Positions 28,564 through 31,882 of a stretch of 31,882 nt of DNA are shown piece after piece. The position numbers and the translations under genes are program-made. Numbering within the stretch: the stretch's first letter is position 1; the number at the start of each line of letters is the position of its first letter. The notes under the pieces were generated by a model that had not been told where the DNA came from, made no database searches, and saw only the letters and a list, made by a program, of their open reading frames with translations. Source of the stretch: an uncultured delta proteobacterium (GTDB lineage: Bacteria; Desulfobacterota; RBG-13-43-22); NCBI GenBank assembly GCA_963802945.1, contig CAWDKY010000001.1, positions 1 through 31,882 of the forward strand, written 5' to 3'.

Positions 28564-28888
28564 CGAACCACGTCCGGCTGTTGTGCATTCACTACTGCGG
28601 TCCACGGTCACTAATGGCAAAAGAGTAATGGCAAAGAATATGCGTCCTCCAGGCACAGGCCTGTGCCTGCACCCGTATATCATCCCCGAAATCCCAACCG
28701 GACCCCTTACTTTCGCTGCGCTAAGACCCTATCTAAAGTTCTCCTAAAGGTGGTTAAATATTTCAGGTTGTGTTATACTGTTCAAGGTAATTCAAAATTT
28801 GCGTGAATATATACTTGATACATGTGAGTACTATATGTAGTATAATTTTTATTTTGACATCGTTATGCCAATAAAGGAGAATTAAAAG

Positions 28889-29230
28889 ATGGTAAAAATC
28901 GAAATCAAAACCTCCAACAAATCTCTATTTACCGACCTACAATCCGAGAATATTCCAGATTTAAAATTATCATTTCGAGCTCATACTTACGATTCTGTTG
29001 ACTTAGTTTCACCCGCAATAACAGTTCTTACTATTATTTTAGAATCATCTAAAATTATTACATTATCTATTCTTTCTACTTGGCTTTTTAATCGCTTTAA
29101 AAATAAAAATACCGAGAAAGCAACTATTGACAACATTGACATCGTGAAAAATCCCGAAAAAATAATTATTATCATTAATAATTACATCCAGATAATTAAG
29201 GATCAAACAAAAAATAATAAGAAAGATTAA
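28889..29230 (+). CDS. Hypothetical protein (AT-rich)
   Basis: 113-aa ORF with an AAGGAG RBS; no family recognised. Confidence 0.6.
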   Translation: MVKIEIKTSNKSLFTDLQSENIPDLKLSFRAHTYDSVDLVSPAITVLTIILESSKIITLSILSTWLFNRFKNKNTEKATIDNIDIVKNPEKIIIIINNYIQIIKDQTKNNKKD

Positions 29231-29406
29231 TATTTTTTTTTCAAATTTATCCATAACACATAAAAAAGCTAACCAATTTCTTGACCGGCTCTTGTTAAGG
29301 AATTAAAATACATTCCGTTGACGAGAGTAGGTCTATGGGTAGCCAAGCCCTTTCAACTGGGGGCTGCTTTGATGAATCTTTAGACAAAATAGGGGAAGAT
29401 TTGTCG

Positions 29407-30150
29407 ATGAAAAAACCTATGTGGATTTTAATTTCAATTTTTTCTTCATTTCTTATCTTGCTCTCTTGTTCTGACATTAAGGATTTAAAATTTACTTCAA
29501 AAAATAAAAATGAAATAGAGAATAAAATAAAGAACAGCAAAAGCTTAACACCAGAAGAATTAGGGCTTTTATCTATTGCTTTGTTTGGAGCAAGTCTCTC
29601 TGGAGAGAGTATAGAAGGGAAAACCGTAAGACAATTAATTGAAGAACAAAGAAGAATTTTTGCGGAAGAGGCCATAAAAGAAAAGGAGGCCAAAGAAGAA
29701 ACAAAAAAAGAAGCGTTTATTAGTTCTGGATTATCTAAATATTTAACAGTGGTACCCGATGAAAAAGGTTTTCGTCCAGCAAACCAATATGATGAAATCT
29801 ATGATCGGATCATGGTGCACTTTATTGTTGAAAATAAATTTATTAAAGACATAAGGGCCTTTAAAGGGGAGGCAATTTTTAAAGACTTATTTGGAAAAAT
29901 TATTTTAGATATTCCATTAGCTTATGATAACGTGATTCCACAAGGTCAAAAAATCACTCTTCGTTGGGAAACAAAATTCAACTCTCGATTTTCTGATACA
30001 TTTACAGAAGGTATCCTTTTTGGAGAAGAAGCAAAGAAAGATTTTAATAATAGAAAACTGGAAAATATGAAATTTGAATGGAAACCAGGAACAATTATAT
30101 TCACAGATGGAAATTATTTGGGGAAAGCCCCTGAAAAAATTGATGAGTAA
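29407..30150 (+). CDS. Hypothetical lipoprotein (AT-rich)
   Basis: From the ATG at 29407: MKKPMWILISIFSSFLILLSC (lipobox-like LLSC), then a charged coiled-coil-like segment and a KDIRAFKG...KDLFG beta-rich domain. Confidence 0.65.
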   Translation: MKKPMWILISIFSSFLILLSCSDIKDLKFTSKNKNEIENKIKNSKSLTPEELGLLSIALFGASLSGESIEGKTVRQLIEEQRRIFAEEAIKEKEAKEETKKEAFISSGLSKYLTVVPDEKGFRPANQYDEIYDRIMVHFIVENKFIKDIRAFKGEAIFKDLFGKIILDIPLAYDNVIPQGQKITLRWETKFNSRFSDTFTEGILFGEEAKKDFNNRKLENMKFEWKPGTIIFTDGNYLGKAPEKIDE

Positions 30151-30246
30151 CCCTTGATACTTTAAAATTTCTGAACGATATTATTAGAAATTAAAAATTG
30201 AAATGCCTATTGACTTAGTTCATAATGTTAATGTTCGCCTCGCTTA

Positions 30247-30618
30247 TTACAAGCCAAAATGCTGTTTTACTATCGCTTCTGCTATCGTTGCAATAACTTT
30301 AATACCAACCCCCGGCAAATCCTTTACTTTCTCTTTAGTCTTATCCCAGACACCAGAATCGCGAATATTGGCCTCAAATTCATGGCCTTCCCATGTAAGT
30401 GCCCTAATTATTTGCATAGGAACGGCCATGGTGACGCTACCATCTACAAAACCTGCATTAATTAACAATCCGAGATGATAGGCCACTTCTTTACGTGACC
30501 TGTTCTGAATGCCAAATTCCTCTGGTGTATCATAGCAAAATTCTCGTGTTCCATCATACTCAGGGCCATCATTTATCAAGATTAAAATTTCCCTAATCAA
30601 ATCCATGTTTCGTTGCAT
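30247..30618 (-). CDS. DUF2513-like winged-helix small protein
   Basis: MQRNMDLIREIL...YHLGLL..AGF...LTWEGHEF...IRD..VW.KTK pattern. Confidence 0.75.
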   Translation of the reverse strand: MQRNMDLIREILILINDGPEYDGTREFCYDTPEEFGIQNRSRKEVAYHLGLLINAGFVDGSVTMAVPMQIIRALTWEGHEFEANIRDSGVWDKTKEKVKDLPGVGIKVIATIAEAIVKQHFGL

Positions 30619-30790
30619 AGTGCAGCCTTCCTTGATTGAAAATGTGATCCAATGGTCGCATCTTAAATGTACACAAAATTCTCGATTTATTGCTGTCTTA
30701 GACGCTACTGACTAAGTTGCCCCACAAAGAAACCCTCAGTCAAAAGGCCCTTCCGCCTCAAATTCAACAAGTTCACCAAGAATAATTCAC

Positions 30791-30980
30791 TAACGGGTTG
30801 CTGAAAAAGGCCCATTTATCCCGCCAACGGCGGGATTGCCCTCATTCCTCCCCGCCTTTCGGCGGGGCAGGCTTATTGCGACGTACTTTTATGTACGTCT
30901 CATTCCTCAAAATTTCGGGAGCCTTGTATCTGAACCTTTTTGAGCAACCGGTAAAAAATGAGTTTTTCCGCAAACTGTTA
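30791..30980 (+). mobile_element. MITE-like repeat, copy 3, carrying two inserted GC-rich palindromes
   Basis: TAACGGGTTGCTGAAAAAGGCCC...TTGCGACGTAC...CCTTTTTGAGCAACCGGT...TTTTTCCGCAAACTGTTA. Confidence 0.8.
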
Positions 30981-31104
30981 GTGATTCGGATATGTTCGCT
31001 TAAACCTATTCTGAAAAAGATTGTGATTTGTTGGGGAAATCTCTATATTATAATTAAAAAGAGATAGATTTTGATCATTATGTCCGGCAAAAGAAGGAGA
31101 GGCC

Positions 31105-31569
31105 ATGCCTAAAAATGTCAGAAGAAAAGATAGGGAATTAAGTATTGAATCGGCAACCAAGCTGCTCGCCGAAGGAGAATACGGCGTTTTGTCCACGGCG
31201 GGACCGGATGGGCAGGCTTATGGAATTCCCTTGAATTATGTTTATAAAGAGAATCGCCTGTATTTCCATTGTGCCCTGGAGGGCCATAAACTGGACAACA
31301 TCAAGGCCAACAACAAGGTCTCTTTTTGCGTTGTCGGGCGGGCCAGGGTCCTCCCGGATAAATTTACCACCTCCTACGAGAGTACCATTGCCTTCGGAAC
31401 GGCATCCGAGGTGCAGGGGAGCGAGAAGCATGAAGCCCTTCTAAGTCTTTTAGAAAAATACTCCCCTGACTTCATAGAAGAAGGCCAAAAAATCATTGCC
31501 AAATATATTGACAAGACCACGGTTATAAAAATCGTCATTAATCATATAACCGGAAAAGCCAGGAAATAA
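31105..31569 (+). CDS. Pyridoxamine 5'-phosphate oxidase-like flavin-binding protein (NimA-like)
   Basis: RRKDRE, YGVLS, YGIPLNY, LYFHCA.EGHK, YES.IAFG, ITGK. Confidence 0.85.
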   Translation: MPKNVRRKDRELSIESATKLLAEGEYGVLSTAGPDGQAYGIPLNYVYKENRLYFHCALEGHKLDNIKANNKVSFCVVGRARVLPDKFTTSYESTIAFGTASEVQGSEKHEALLSLLEKYSPDFIEEGQKIIAKYIDKTTVIKIVINHITGKARK

Positions 31570-31761
31570 ATTACGCCGTTAAAGAGCTTACTAAAGCCTT
31601 TACCTTATTAATAACACACCGGCCAGACTGGCCTATGAGAAGCACGGATTTAAATTTGATAGTGAAAAAAGAAATCCTGAGTTCGATGCCATCTTTGGCA
31701 CTCCGGGGATAACCAAGCTTCTGCTTGATCTTTAGAGCACTACTGACAAAGGAGAAACAAA

Positions 31762-31882
31762 ATGGATATCCGATTTTATCAGATTGATGCTTTTACCGAC
31801 CGTGTATTCGCTGGGAATCCGGCAGGTGTTTGCTTTCTGGATCGATGGCTGGAAGATTCCATACTCCAATCCATAGCCACTG
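31762..31882 (+). CDS. PhzF-family protein, N-terminus (runs off the window)
   Basis: MDIRFYQIDAFTDRVFAGNPAGVC after an AAGGAG RBS; DAF...F.GNPAGV is the PhzF-family N-terminal motif. Confidence 0.85.
   Translation, partial: MDIRFYQIDAFTDRVFAGNPAGVCFLDRWLEDSILQSIAT

Noticed and set aside
28862-29300. Integron cassette (GTTATGC before the ORF, CATAAC...GTTAAGG after it)
   Set aside because: Core-site-like heptamers are present, but there is no convincing attC internal palindrome and no integrase in the window.
113-31444. Numerous antisense and alternative-frame ORFs in the track
   Set aside because: They overlap well-supported genes and show no recognisable motifs. The exceptions are frameshift continuations, which were merged into the features.
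1-31882. CRISPR array, rRNA, transposase or integrase genes
   Set aside because: No regularly spaced repeats, rRNA-like sequence or recombinase motifs were seen.

Overview
Chromosomal window from an anaerobic bacterium; gene content and style suggest Desulfobacterota/'Deltaproteobacteria' (inference). From left to right: (i) a minus-strand unit of a Cys-free Rrf2 regulator, soluble ABC ATPase, G3E-type GTPase and Fe-S protein, each with one frameshift; (ii) tungstate ABC transporter tupABC; (iii) an AmmeMemoRadiSam locus whose proteins carry export-like leaders, followed by a membrane spermidine-synthase-like protein; (iv) a minus-strand run of B12-radical SAM, small peptide, radical SAM/SPASM, gmhA, molybdopterin oxidoreductase and MalY/PatB lyase; (v) an FAD/NAD(P)H oxidoreductase; (vi) a degenerate tRNA-Thr(CGT) and a 7-gene cyclitol/sugar-acid catabolic operon with a non-canonical enzyme set; (vii) an AT-rich patch of hypotheticals, a NimA/PNPOx-like gene and the start of a PhzF-family gene. 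A MITE-like repeat occurs three times. The standout is an ORF absent from the ORF track (15904-16041, minus strand, strong RBS). It reads MTNKLTPKVMAKEAAYWDKVKKVLKENPGKV-C-HK-TGA-KS-TGA-KS-TGA-TLLG-TAG, so three in-frame UGA codons continue a Cys-every-third-residue register. A SECIS-like hairpin follows directly, and two radical SAM enzymes flank the ORF. This is a candidate multi-selenocysteine RiPP system.
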